NCBI GenBank assembly: GCA_963824495.1
Contig: CAWGPQ010000007.1
Span: forward strand, 1 to 44,012
Length of the DNA stretch: 44,012 nucleotides
Reading direction: 5' to 3'
Source: an uncultured bacterium
Lineage (GTDB): Bacteria > Babelota > Babeliae > Babelales > Babelaceae
Shown: piece by piece, positions 20,233-28,183 of the stretch
How positions within the stretch are numbered: the first letter of the stretch is position 1
Layout of the letters: each line of letters opens with the position of its first letter
Program-made: the position numbers and the translations under genes
Notes under the pieces: model-generated
The model's input: only the letters and a program-made list of their open reading frames with translations
Database searches by the model: none
Told to the model about the DNA's origin: nothing

Positions 20233-20511
20233 ATGAAAGCACTTACTTTTTCGGTTACGATATTTTGTGCGGTTCTTATGATGAGCTTTGGCACTTTTTT
20301 ACAACCTGCTACACCCACAGACATGCATATACTACTTGATGCAATTGAACAAGGGAACTTGCCAAAACTCAAGGGTTGTTTAGCTCTAGAAGAACTACTT
20401 ACAGTGCAAGAGCAGCAACAACTCATCACTACTGCTCAGGCTGCATTAAAACGTGCTGAAGAACAAGCAACGCTCTCTTACCAGCCTAAAAAATCAATAT
20501 TTGTATTTTAA
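20233..20511 (+). pseudogene. Truncated exported protein (signal peptide plus one ANK-like helix pair)
   Basis: Signal-like N-terminus and LLDAIEQGNLPKLKGCL. Ends abruptly inside an unrelated nuclease fragment. Confidence 0.5.
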
Positions 20512-20995
20512 TTTGATAAAAGAATTATTTGCTGAATCAAACACAGGAAATAGCGCCGAAGACTTAGTACGAGCATTAACCCAAGGTCATACTGAAGAGT
20601 TTGCTCTCTCTTTACAAAATTTTGTTGCAACAAGTATGAGCGTATATGATCTGCCAGTGACAGAACCTGAGAAAAGCTACCACTTATTTGTTCTCGGTCT
20701 TCTTGTGATGCTCAAAGACACCTATCACATAACATCAAATCGTGAAAGTGGGTTTGGTCGTTATGATATCATGCTTGTGCCGTACAATAAAACCAAACCA
20801 GGCATTATTATCGAATTTAAAAAAATATCAACGAGTACATCGGAAACACTAGAAAGAGCTGCCGATAGAGCACTTGAGCAAATACAAGAAAGAAATTACG
20901 CTCAACAGTTACGTGATCTAGGTATCCGTCACATAATTGCGTACGGTATAGCATTTCAGGGTAAAAAGCTCTTGGTGAAATCACAAAATTTTTAG
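20453..20995 (+). pseudogene. C-terminal PD-(D/E)XK nuclease domain of an AAA-ATPase-like/PDDEXK_9 protein, N-terminus missing
   Basis: EKSYHLFVLGLL, SNRESGFGRYDI, IIEFK, ALEQIQERNY, YGIAFQGK. The large N-terminal ATPase-like region usual in this family is absent. Confidence 0.8.
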
Positions 20996-21008
20996 CTTGA
21001 AAGCTTAT

Positions 21009-21032
21009 AGAGCCCGAGGCTAATCGAGCTCT
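21009..21032 (-). terminator. Hairpin between convergent genes
   Basis: On the minus strand AGAGCTCGA-TTAGCC-TCGGGCTCT is a 9-bp stem with one G-U pair, lying just after the TAA at 21059-21061. Confidence 0.5.
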
Positions 21033-21058
21033 CATGTTTGGACATACAAGCTTCTTAA

Positions 21059-21394
21059 TTATATGATATTCAATTGTTGTTGCAAATTTTCAATTAAACT
21101 ATCGGCTTTTTCTTCAGCAGCACGCAATTGATTGCTCAAGATTTGTATTTCTGCTGATGTTGTTGGCGAGGGCATTATTCGTTGACTTTTTTCGAGACTA
21201 CGTACGTGCTGCACTTCTTCTTTATATGTATCAAGTGTAGTTTCAAATTGATTAAGTAGCTCTGATGGTGCTTTTCCTGTAATGGCTGCCTTATACGATT
21301 GCCAATCAGCGTCAAGTTTCTTAATATCACGGGTAGCGAAATCATGTCGTATGGCTTTATTTGCTAGAAAAAGAGCCTGTGCTTGAACAGTTGG
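21059..21394 (-). other. In-frame 111-codon continuation after the TAG of 21395..22786 (nonsense-truncated or read-through part)
   Basis: Manual translation gives PTVQAQALFLANKAIRHDFATRDIKKLDADWQSYK...NLQQQLNII* with no internal stop. It resembles the helical unit just before the TAG. Confidence 0.8.
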
Positions 21395-22786
21395 CTAGTT
21401 GCTTGAGCCAAACCATGAAGTGAAATAACTAGGAAAAGAACTGAGAGCACTCGCGATTGAGCGATAGGCGCTCTGCAGTACACCTGGTTGCTTTTCCGCT
21501 TCAAGAGCTTTTCTAATAGTTTCAAGTTGCTGATTAACTTTATTGATAAAGCTTGGATTAGGTTCTACGAATGGATGTTGTTGATAGTTTTGCCACGCTC
21601 CTTCAAAATCTGCTAAGTCTTTGGAAGTGAATGACTGTGGATTTGCAGCTTTTGCAATAAAGCGCGTTAGAGCTGCTGAAAGCTCATCTTCTGATTTCGC
21701 AGGCAACTCAAATCGTTTATCAAGTTGTTCTATAAGATAAAGAGTTTTTTGAAGTGTATCTTTATCAATGTTTCTACTTTTGTTCAAATAATAGCTTTGC
21801 TCATATTCTTGCAAGTAAGCTAGGAGCTGATTGCGGAGCATTTGAGCCCCTATCCGTTGAGTGGCTAAAGTTTCTGGACTTATAGGTATGCGATAAGCCT
21901 CTTTAAGAAGATCTTCAGCTTGATTAAGCTTCTTTATGAGCTCATTAAATCGTTCCTGAAGATTTAGGCCTGCAACTTGTTGTTTAAAGCGTGAGAGTTC
22001 ATCGCCTCCAAGTGTAAGAAGGAACTGAAGCGTTTCTTCAGGTGGCGCTGGAGGTGCAGGAGGTATTTCTTCTCTCCGACTTGGAGCAGCAGGTAACCTG
22101 CTTTCGATCTGCTCTTCTTGTTTAGGAATAGGCTCAATTCTTGATAGTGGTATTACCTCTTCCAATGGAATAATTGGTACTTCAGGTCGTGTTATTGGCA
22201 CTTGAGCCCTGCGTAATTCGGCAAGAGCAGCCTCAAGTTCTGAAACGCGTCTATTAAACTGTGTAACGTTTTCCCTACGTGCCAGTTCAGCTTCAAGATC
22301 TGAAATACGTTGTTCAAGCTGTTTAATATCCGGTGTACGAGCGACGGTAGCTTCAAGAGCTGTAATACGTCTTTCAAGTTGCGCAATAGTGTGTGTAGGT
22401 GGTACTGCGAGTAGTGTTGGTACTATTGGTGTAGGTGGAGCTATCGGTCTTGCAGGTCTTGCTGGTACCGCAGGTCTACGAGGAGCGAGCACGGGTCTTC
22501 TTGGTGTTCGAGTGAGTGTCCCTACATAGTTCACTATTCTTATGCTCGTGCCTGACCGTCTCAATTGAGCTTGTGCTTGGGCCCGCTCTCGAGGGGTGAG
22601 TTGTTGGTCATAGATGCTAGTAAGGCGACGGGCAAGATTAATTCTATCTCTTCTTTCTGTAGTTCTTTGGTAATTTCTCAAGGTGCCGACAAAGTTTCTT
22701 AATGCCTGTGGCGAGCTATAGACTAGAGGTGCTGTACTGAGAGCTACAGCAAAATACATCAAGATTCTGTGCAATTTTTGTTTCAT
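21395..22786 (-). CDS. Hypothetical exported Pro-rich and coiled-coil protein (candidate effector)
   Basis: AAAGGA RBS, signal peptide, Arg/Pro-rich region, three 20-aa coiled-coil repeats, PPAPPAPP. Confidence 0.8.
   Translation of the reverse strand: MKQKLHRILMYFAVALSTAPLVYSSPQALRNFVGTLRNYQRTTERRDRINLARRLTSIYDQQLTPRERAQAQAQLRRSGTSIRIVNYVGTLTRTPRRPVLAPRRPAVPARPARPIAPPTPIVPTLLAVPPTHTIAQLERRITALEATVARTPDIKQLEQRISDLEAELARRENVTQFNRRVSELEAALAELRRAQVPITRPEVPIIPLEEVIPLSRIEPIPKQEEQIESRLPAAPSRREEIPPAPPAPPEETLQFLLTLGGDELSRFKQQVAGLNLQERFNELIKKLNQAEDLLKEAYRIPISPETLATQRIGAQMLRNQLLAYLQEYEQSYYLNKSRNIDKDTLQKTLYLIEQLDKRFELPAKSEDELSAALTRFIAKAANPQSFTSKDLADFEGAWQNYQQHPFVEPNPSFINKVNQQLETIRKALEAEKQPGVLQSAYRSIASALSSFPSYFTSWFGSSN
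22208..22387 (-). repeat. Three diverged 60-bp tandem repeats encoding coiled coil
   Basis: IAQLERRITALEATVARTPD / IKQLEQRISDLEAELARREN / VTQFNRRVSELEAALAELRR. Confidence 0.8.
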
Positions 22787-22848
22787 AGTTTATTCCTTTC
22801 TTCCGATAGAAATACGACTTTAAGCAGTTCTTATGGTACTTATTGTTG

Positions 22849-22878
22849 AGTATAGCCAATTATAATTACTAATTGCAA
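22849..22878 (-). promoter_or_regulatory. Putative sigma70 promoter for 21395..22786
   Basis: Minus strand TTGCAA, 18-nt spacer, TATACT. Confidence 0.5.
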
Positions 22879-22901
22879 GAATTTTAGGAAAATATATCTT
22901 A

Positions 22902-23027
22902 ACGGCTGGCGAAAATCAATAGCACACTTATACAAGCGGCATTAAACTAAAAGGCTCTGAAAAAGGGGACCTGATTATGGCTCGGGTCACGAGGCTTTGC
23001 CGTTACTAAGACTCAGTGGGTGGCCGT
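22902..23027 (+). ncRNA. Candidate structured non-coding RNA (rod-like, family unknown)
   Basis: GC-richer patch in an AT-rich spacer with nested helices ACGGCT/GGCCGT, CTTA/TAAG, GCGGCA/TGCCGT, AAGGCTC/GAGGCTT and GACCTGA/TCGGGTC. G-U pairs favour the + strand. Confidence 0.45.
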
Positions 23028-23053
23028 ATTTTTAAGCTGATATATGCTTGATT

Positions 23054-24055
23054 TTAGGCCTGCATGACATAGCCTATGTTCGGCTCAGGTAGAAGCTGTG
23101 CTATATCACCTTGACCAGTGCTTAAAGCAAGAACATGAGCATTTTGGTTAAGTCTATTGACTATGTCAGCTCGAGCACTATGAGCAAGAAGAAACTTAAC
23201 GACATCAGCACGACCAACGCGTGCTGCAACCATAAGAGCAGTATTGCCATTTCCATCTTGGGCATTAATATCTATGCCTTCACTAAGCATGTGCTGAAGT
23301 GTGTCGATATTACCTACTGAAGCTTGAACGATAAAGTCACGTTCTTGCGCTTGGCGCTGTAGGATTGCTTGTGCAGACTCTTGAGTTGTAGGTGCTGTTA
23401 AGGCTTGGATAATGCTCGATCGTTGCTGCTCAGTTTTCCAGCGCATACGTCGTACAGTATCAAGTGGAGCTTGGCCATTTAGATTTACAACATCTGTTTG
23501 TGCACCATGATCAAGTAAAAGCTTGATCATTTCAACTTTTCCGCTTCGTGCAGCAATATGTAAAGCAGTATCTTGATCAAGAGGCCTTACTGGTGCATTG
23601 AGATTGATATGATGCTTAATAAAAAATTCCATGAGTGGTACATCGTTGTTCCACGATCCCCCAAATAATAGACCTCGTATAAGCTTTGTTCTATCAACAG
23701 CATTCTTTGGTATAAGCAATAAGGCCTCAAGTGCCAAATTATTATTTGTTACGCTAGCTGTTAAGAGTGCTGTGTACTTAAGAGGATCATCAAGTGGTGT
23801 GCCTTCAGGAAAAAATCGATCAAAAGCGTGCTTAGTAGTTATAGCAAGTTCTTGTAACTCGCTTGGTATATTCGCTTGCTTTATGTGTTCATGTGTGAGT
23901 TTTTGAGCTATTTTAGCGAGAGCTTGAGCTTTTAAGCTAGAATCGAGAACAATAGGTATAATGTTATTGTTATTATTGTTTTGATTCATAGCTAACAAAG
24001 AACTATTAATATACAAATAACTAAGCATGAGAAAACAATAGTTTTTATTTAGCAC
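23054..24055 (-). CDS. Exported ankyrin-repeat protein with an N-terminal BC-box/SOCS-box-like motif
   Basis: GTG start with AAGGA RBS. Signal peptide, poly-Asn, SLKAQALAKIAQKL...IKQANIPSELQELA. ANK repeats (DTALHIAARSG, GNTALMVAARVG). Confidence 0.9.
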   Translation of the reverse strand: MLNKNYCFLMLSYLYINSSLLAMNQNNNNNNIIPIVLDSSLKAQALAKIAQKLTHEHIKQANIPSELQELAITTKHAFDRFFPEGTPLDDPLKYTALLTASVTNNNLALEALLLIPKNAVDRTKLIRGLLFGGSWNNDVPLMEFFIKHHINLNAPVRPLDQDTALHIAARSGKVEMIKLLLDHGAQTDVVNLNGQAPLDTVRRMRWKTEQQRSSIIQALTAPTTQESAQAILQRQAQERDFIVQASVGNIDTLQHMLSEGIDINAQDGNGNTALMVAARVGRADVVKFLLAHSARADIVNRLNQNAHVLALSTGQGDIAQLLPEPNIGYVMQA

Positions 24056-24181
24056 TGCTGAATCCTTTAATTAAAATAATTAATCAAGAATTATATTTAC
24101 TAAGTATAAATTTTTAACATAGTTATGCAATAGGTATAGAGTATTAATAAGAATCCAGAACTTGCATCCTATATAATGTGC

Positions 24182-25284
24182 TTAAATCGTAGTGCCTAAA
24201 TTATGCTTAATCAGGAGCATCACTGTATCTAACTGTCCAGTACTCAAAGCTAAAGCGTGAGCATCTTGGTTAAGCCCATTTCTTATATCTGTACGAGCAC
24301 CGTGAGCTAGCAAAAATTCAACAACATCAGTACGGCCAACACGAGCAGCAACCATGAGTGCTGTATTGCCATCTCCATCTTGGGCGTTAATATCTACTAA
24401 TTTTTCAGTGAGCATACGCTGAAGCGTATCGATATTGCCTACTGAAGCTTGAACGATAAAGTCGTGTTCTTGAGCTTGCTGCTCTGAGTCTGCCTGTGTA
24501 GTTTGTTGTACTACAGCTTCAGTTAACATTTGAATAACTCGAGAGCGTACATGTTCATTGAGTAGCGATGAGCTGTTCCTTGCGGTCATCAAGGCGGTTG
24601 CATTATAATTATTTAGAGCGTGTAGGTTAGCGCCACGTTCAAGTAAAAATTTGACTACCTCACTGTGTCCCTCTCTTACTGCATAATGTAAAGGGGTATG
24701 ATTAGAATCACCAACAGCATTCACATTATTCACATTTGTATCGTGAGCAAGTAAAAATTTTATCATTTCAAGCTGTCCATACTTTGCTGCTTTATGTAAA
24801 GTAGTGTCTAGACCATGCCTTAAGGTTCTGTTGGGGTCTACGCTATGCTCAATAAGGAATTGCATAGTTGGTATATGGCCATCAACTGCTGCACTAAGCA
24901 CAAAAAGGTCTATAAGCTCGGTTCTTTTAATAGGATCCTTTATTATAAAGAATAAAGTTTCAAGTAATAGGTTACTCTGCATTACTGTATGTCTTACAGA
25001 ATCCCCAAGGCTGCCGTATTTTTTAAGTCGATCGAGAGCTACCTTAAGGCTTATTGCGGATTCTTGTAATGCAACGGATATCTGTGCTTGTTGTATCCGT
25101 TCAGACGTAAGCTTTTGAGCTACATTGCTTAGGGCTAAAACATGCAAGCTAGGAACAGAATCTAGAGCGATAGGGATAATGTTATTTTGTTGCTATCATT
25201 ATTGTTAACTGGATTCATTGCTGGTAAAAAACTGCTTATGGACAAAGATATGAGCACAAGGGGATAAGAAATTCTTTTAATCAT
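24182..25284 (-). pseudogene. Frameshifted paralog of 23054..24055 (ankyrin protein)
   Basis: ATG at 25284 with AGGAG RBS gives MIKRISYPLVLISLSISSFLPAMNPVNNNDSN. One missing nt at about 25184-25188 separates it from NIIPIALDSVPSLHVLALSNVAQKL, which continues as ORF 24182..25147. Confidence 0.85.
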
Positions 25285-25431
25285 TATAAAGCTCCTGGAA
25301 ATGTAATAAGTACTAGACAGTTTTTAGCCTAAAATAAGCAAATCGTATTTTCTACTATACGTCTTTTAGCAACAAAATCAAACAGGTGTTTAATAAAAGT
25401 GACAACTATAGTCTTATTTTTTGCTCTTAGC

Positions 25432-26145
25432 TTAAGCTATGGTATCAGGTGACTCCGAAGTCAGTGAGCTTGGCACTGGTGTTGCTGAAGGGGTAAAGCA
25501 CCGTGCTATAGCTCCAGAAAGTTCTGAAGGGTGAGACACTAAGAAATCGGGTTTCTTGGCCTGTAAAAGCAACGGCGCATTAAAGCCCCAGGTAACGGCT
25601 ATTACTTTGATGCTGCTTTTGTGCGCTGCTTCAATATCTCGAACTTCATCACCAATATACATAACATTGCAGGGAGCAAGTTTATAGGTTTTTAAAAACC
25701 GGTTAATAACGTTATGTTTGCCAAAAAGGCTACTATCGCAATAGATAGCCTCAAAGAAGTTAAGGCTATTATCGCACAAGAAAGCACCAACGTTTTCCTG
25801 ATTATTTGAGGTCAAGATGCCGAGCTTATATCCGCTTTCTTTAAGATCCATAAGAGCTTGTTGAATGCCCGGTATCGGTTGCAGACTTTTAATCTGCTGA
25901 TTAAGCTCGTCTTTTATACGCTTAATAAGTATGGGTAATGTGAAGATTGAAATATTAAGTTTCTTGATAATCTCAGAAAGCGAGGTATGGCGAAGTTCTT
26001 TAACAATTTCAGAAGTAGCTTGCGGCAAGTTATAGTTAAACTCAGGTGCAAGTCGTTCGACAATGTTAAGCACCGCAGAAAATGAGTCGGCAAGCGTGCC
26101 ATCAAAATCGAATAATAGGGTTGCCTTGGGATCTATAGGATGCAT
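25432..26145 (-). CDS. HAD-IA family hydrolase (phosphoglycolate phosphatase-like)
   Basis: FDFDGTLADS, GILTSN, K, YIGDEVRDIEAA, AVTWGFN. Confidence 0.92.
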   Translation of the reverse strand: MHPIDPKATLLFDFDGTLADSFSAVLNIVERLAPEFNYNLPQATSEIVKELRHTSLSEIIKKLNISIFTLPILIKRIKDELNQQIKSLQPIPGIQQALMDLKESGYKLGILTSNNQENVGAFLCDNSLNFFEAIYCDSSLFGKHNVINRFLKTYKLAPCNVMYIGDEVRDIEAAHKSSIKVIAVTWGFNAPLLLQAKKPDFLVSHPSELSGAIARCFTPSATPVPSSLTSESPDTIA

Positions 26146-26259
26146 AGATAGCTACTCTTTCGTGGGCTTAAAGACTATTATCGTGAGAGGGTCATAGATA
26201 AAAAATACAACATAGTATAGCACAGAACTATGTGTAGATAGAAGTATATGCGTATGTGC

Positions 26260-26913
26260 TCAATTTTTTGGCGTAGCTAAAGGAGCATAATACTGCTCGA
26301 TAACTTCCAAAAGTTGGGAAGGGGTAGAAACTAAAAAATCAGGATGAGCTGCCTGTAAGAGCGAAGGCCCGTTAAATCCCCAGCTAACGGCGATTATCCG
26401 TATGCCAGTCTTTTGAGCCGCTTTAATATCGCGTACTTCATCTCCAATATACACAATATCCTGAGGGCTCAGCTTATAATATGTTAAGAAATGATTAAGA
26501 GCGGTATGTTTGCCAAAAATGCCTATGTCGCTATATACAGCATCGCAGAAATCTAAGCCATTATTGTGTAAGAATTTTTTTACGCTTTCATAACTGTTTG
26601 ATGTAAGAATGCCAAGTTTATAGCCTTTGTTGTTAAGCTGTTTGAGAACGTCGGGAATGCCTGGTATTGGCTGGAGCGTTTTACTCTGTTGATTAAGCTC
26701 GTCTTTTATACGTTTGATAAGTAGAGGTAATGCAAAGATTGAAATATTAAGCTTTTTTATAATAGTATCAAGCGGTATATCCCGAAGCTCTTCAATAATT
26801 TCTGATGTAGGCTGAGGCAGCTTATAATTAAACTCAGGTGCAAGCTTTTTTATAAGGTTTACGAGCACAGGAAGCGAATCAGCAAGTGTGCCATCAAAAT
26901 CGAATAATAACAT
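26260..26913 (-). CDS. HAD-IA family hydrolase, tandem paralog
   Basis: FDFDGTLADS, GILTSN, YIGDEVRDIKAA, AVSWGFN. Colinear with the downstream copy. Confidence 0.92.
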   Translation of the reverse strand: MLLFDFDGTLADSLPVLVNLIKKLAPEFNYKLPQPTSEIIEELRDIPLDTIIKKLNISIFALPLLIKRIKDELNQQSKTLQPIPGIPDVLKQLNNKGYKLGILTSNSYESVKKFLHNNGLDFCDAVYSDIGIFGKHTALNHFLTYYKLSPQDIVYIGDEVRDIKAAQKTGIRIIAVSWGFNGPSLLQAAHPDFLVSTPSQLLEVIEQYYAPLATPKN

Positions 26914-26947
26914 CGTTATGTAACTCTTCTTTTAGGGCTTAATTGTG

Positions 26948-28183
26948 TCAATCATCACAGCAGTTTTCTAATTCTAATTCTAAATCTAGAGCCTTCTGAA
27001 TTAAGTGTGAGCGTTTATCTTTCCACTCGGCTTTTGATGCAAAATAAGTATCAAGCAAATGACGCAGATCCATATCAACCTTCAAGCCGAGACGCCGTTC
27101 GCGAAGTTCAAGGGCACGGATAGGGAAAATCCCAACAAGATAGTGAGCGGAGGCACATGCTTGTTGGACCATAGCGATATCGACACGGTCTTTTTTGCCA
27201 GCAGGTACTTGGTAAACAATTTTAATAACGACTCCCGTGAGTGTATGACGATTAAGAGCATCAATAACTTGATCAGTTTGTGTTTTTACATCATCGACAA
27301 GCTGTACATCAATTTGAATAAACGGTCGTGTGGGAGTTGTGATAAAGTCAAAAGTTGTCCTGCCCTTTTCATGAAGTTTAACTAAACAGAAGCCCTTATC
27401 TTCTTTGCGTTCGCCAAAATCAACACGCTCTAGTGATCCTGAATATACTATAGGCGGATGGCCCCGAGGGTTAAGATTCTGATAGCGGTGAAGGTGTCCT
27501 AAGGCAACATAATCAAAAGGCGGTATGGCCAATTGTGATGGCAGCAGAACGGGATCTGTGCCATAAATAGCACGCTTTTCAGAGCCTGAAAAGATGCCTG
27601 AGCTGACCGTTAAATGTCCTGCCAATACTGCTGGTAGCTGAGCATCAAGCTGTTGAGCATAATCTTGTATAATAGCATTGACTGCTTGGCTTATGTGCTG
27701 CGTGATTTCAAGCGAAGAATCGTGATGCGCAAGGTTAAGAGATAGCGTAGTACGTGATGGCCATGGTATTCCTACAAGTTGTACAAGGCCGCTTTTAGTT
27801 TCAAGTTTAATAATTTCTGGTTTTGCAATAACATGAAACCCATCTAAGGGCAATTGTCCAAAGAGCTCAAGAGCGTGAGCTTTGCCAAAACTAAGTGGAT
27901 TATCATGATTGCCAATAATAATAACGAGAGGAATGTTAGCCCTAAAGAGGCGTAAAAAACACTGGAATAATAAACGTTGCTGTGTTGGACTTGGTGTTGC
28001 AGTTTTGTAAGCATCGCCACAAAACAAAAAGAAATCTACCTGTTCTTCAAGTGCCCGATCAATACATGCATTAAGCACACGTTCAAAATCAAGAAGACGA
28101 GTATGCATACCTGTCTGGGGATCAATTTTGCCGTAGTTTTCCATGCCGAAGTGAATGTCGGCTGTATGAATAAACGTAATCAT
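26948..28183 (-). CDS. sbcD: Exonuclease SbcCD subunit D (Mre11-like metallophosphoesterase)
   Basis: HTADIHFG, GDAY, GNHD, GHL, YVALGHLH, YSGSLERVDFGE. Confidence 0.92.
   Translation of the reverse strand: MITFIHTADIHFGMENYGKIDPQTGMHTRLLDFERVLNACIDRALEEQVDFFLFCGDAYKTATPSPTQQRLLFQCFLRLFRANIPLVIIIGNHDNPLSFGKAHALELFGQLPLDGFHVIAKPEIIKLETKSGLVQLVGIPWPSRTTLSLNLAHHDSSLEITQHISQAVNAIIQDYAQQLDAQLPAVLAGHLTVSSGIFSGSEKRAIYGTDPVLLPSQLAIPPFDYVALGHLHRYQNLNPRGHPPIVYSGSLERVDFGERKEDKGFCLVKLHEKGRTTFDFITTPTRPFIQIDVQLVDDVKTQTDQVIDALNRHTLTGVVIKIVYQVPAGKKDRVDIAMVQQACASAHYLVGIFPIRALELRERRLGLKVDMDLRHLLDTYFASKAEWKDKRSHLIQKALDLELELENCCDD

Noticed and set aside
21395..21397. Genome-wide TAG reassignment
   Set aside because: TAG terminates murB, the GH1 gene, the small membrane protein and the antitoxin at expected ends, and conserved genes contain no internal TAG.
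21009..22988. Resemblance between the hairpins at 21009-21032 (minus) and 22968-22988 (plus) as inverted ends flanking the coiled-coil gene
   Set aside because: The match is short and gapped, with no target-site duplication or transposase. Chance is plausible.
22902..23027. ZMP/ZTP riboswitch (CTGGCGAAA), c-di-GMP-I riboswitch (minus-strand GCAAAGCCTC), SRP RNA or tmRNA identity
   Set aside because: The CGCCTGGG pseudoknot partner, the GAAA tetraloop/receptor, the SRP GGAA loop motif and tRNA-like ends are all missing.
26914..26955. Upstream in-frame ATG (MIDTIKP*KKSYIT) for the HAD gene, interrupted by TAA
   Set aside because: The annotated ATG already precedes the complete DxD motif, so the extension is too short to distinguish from chance.
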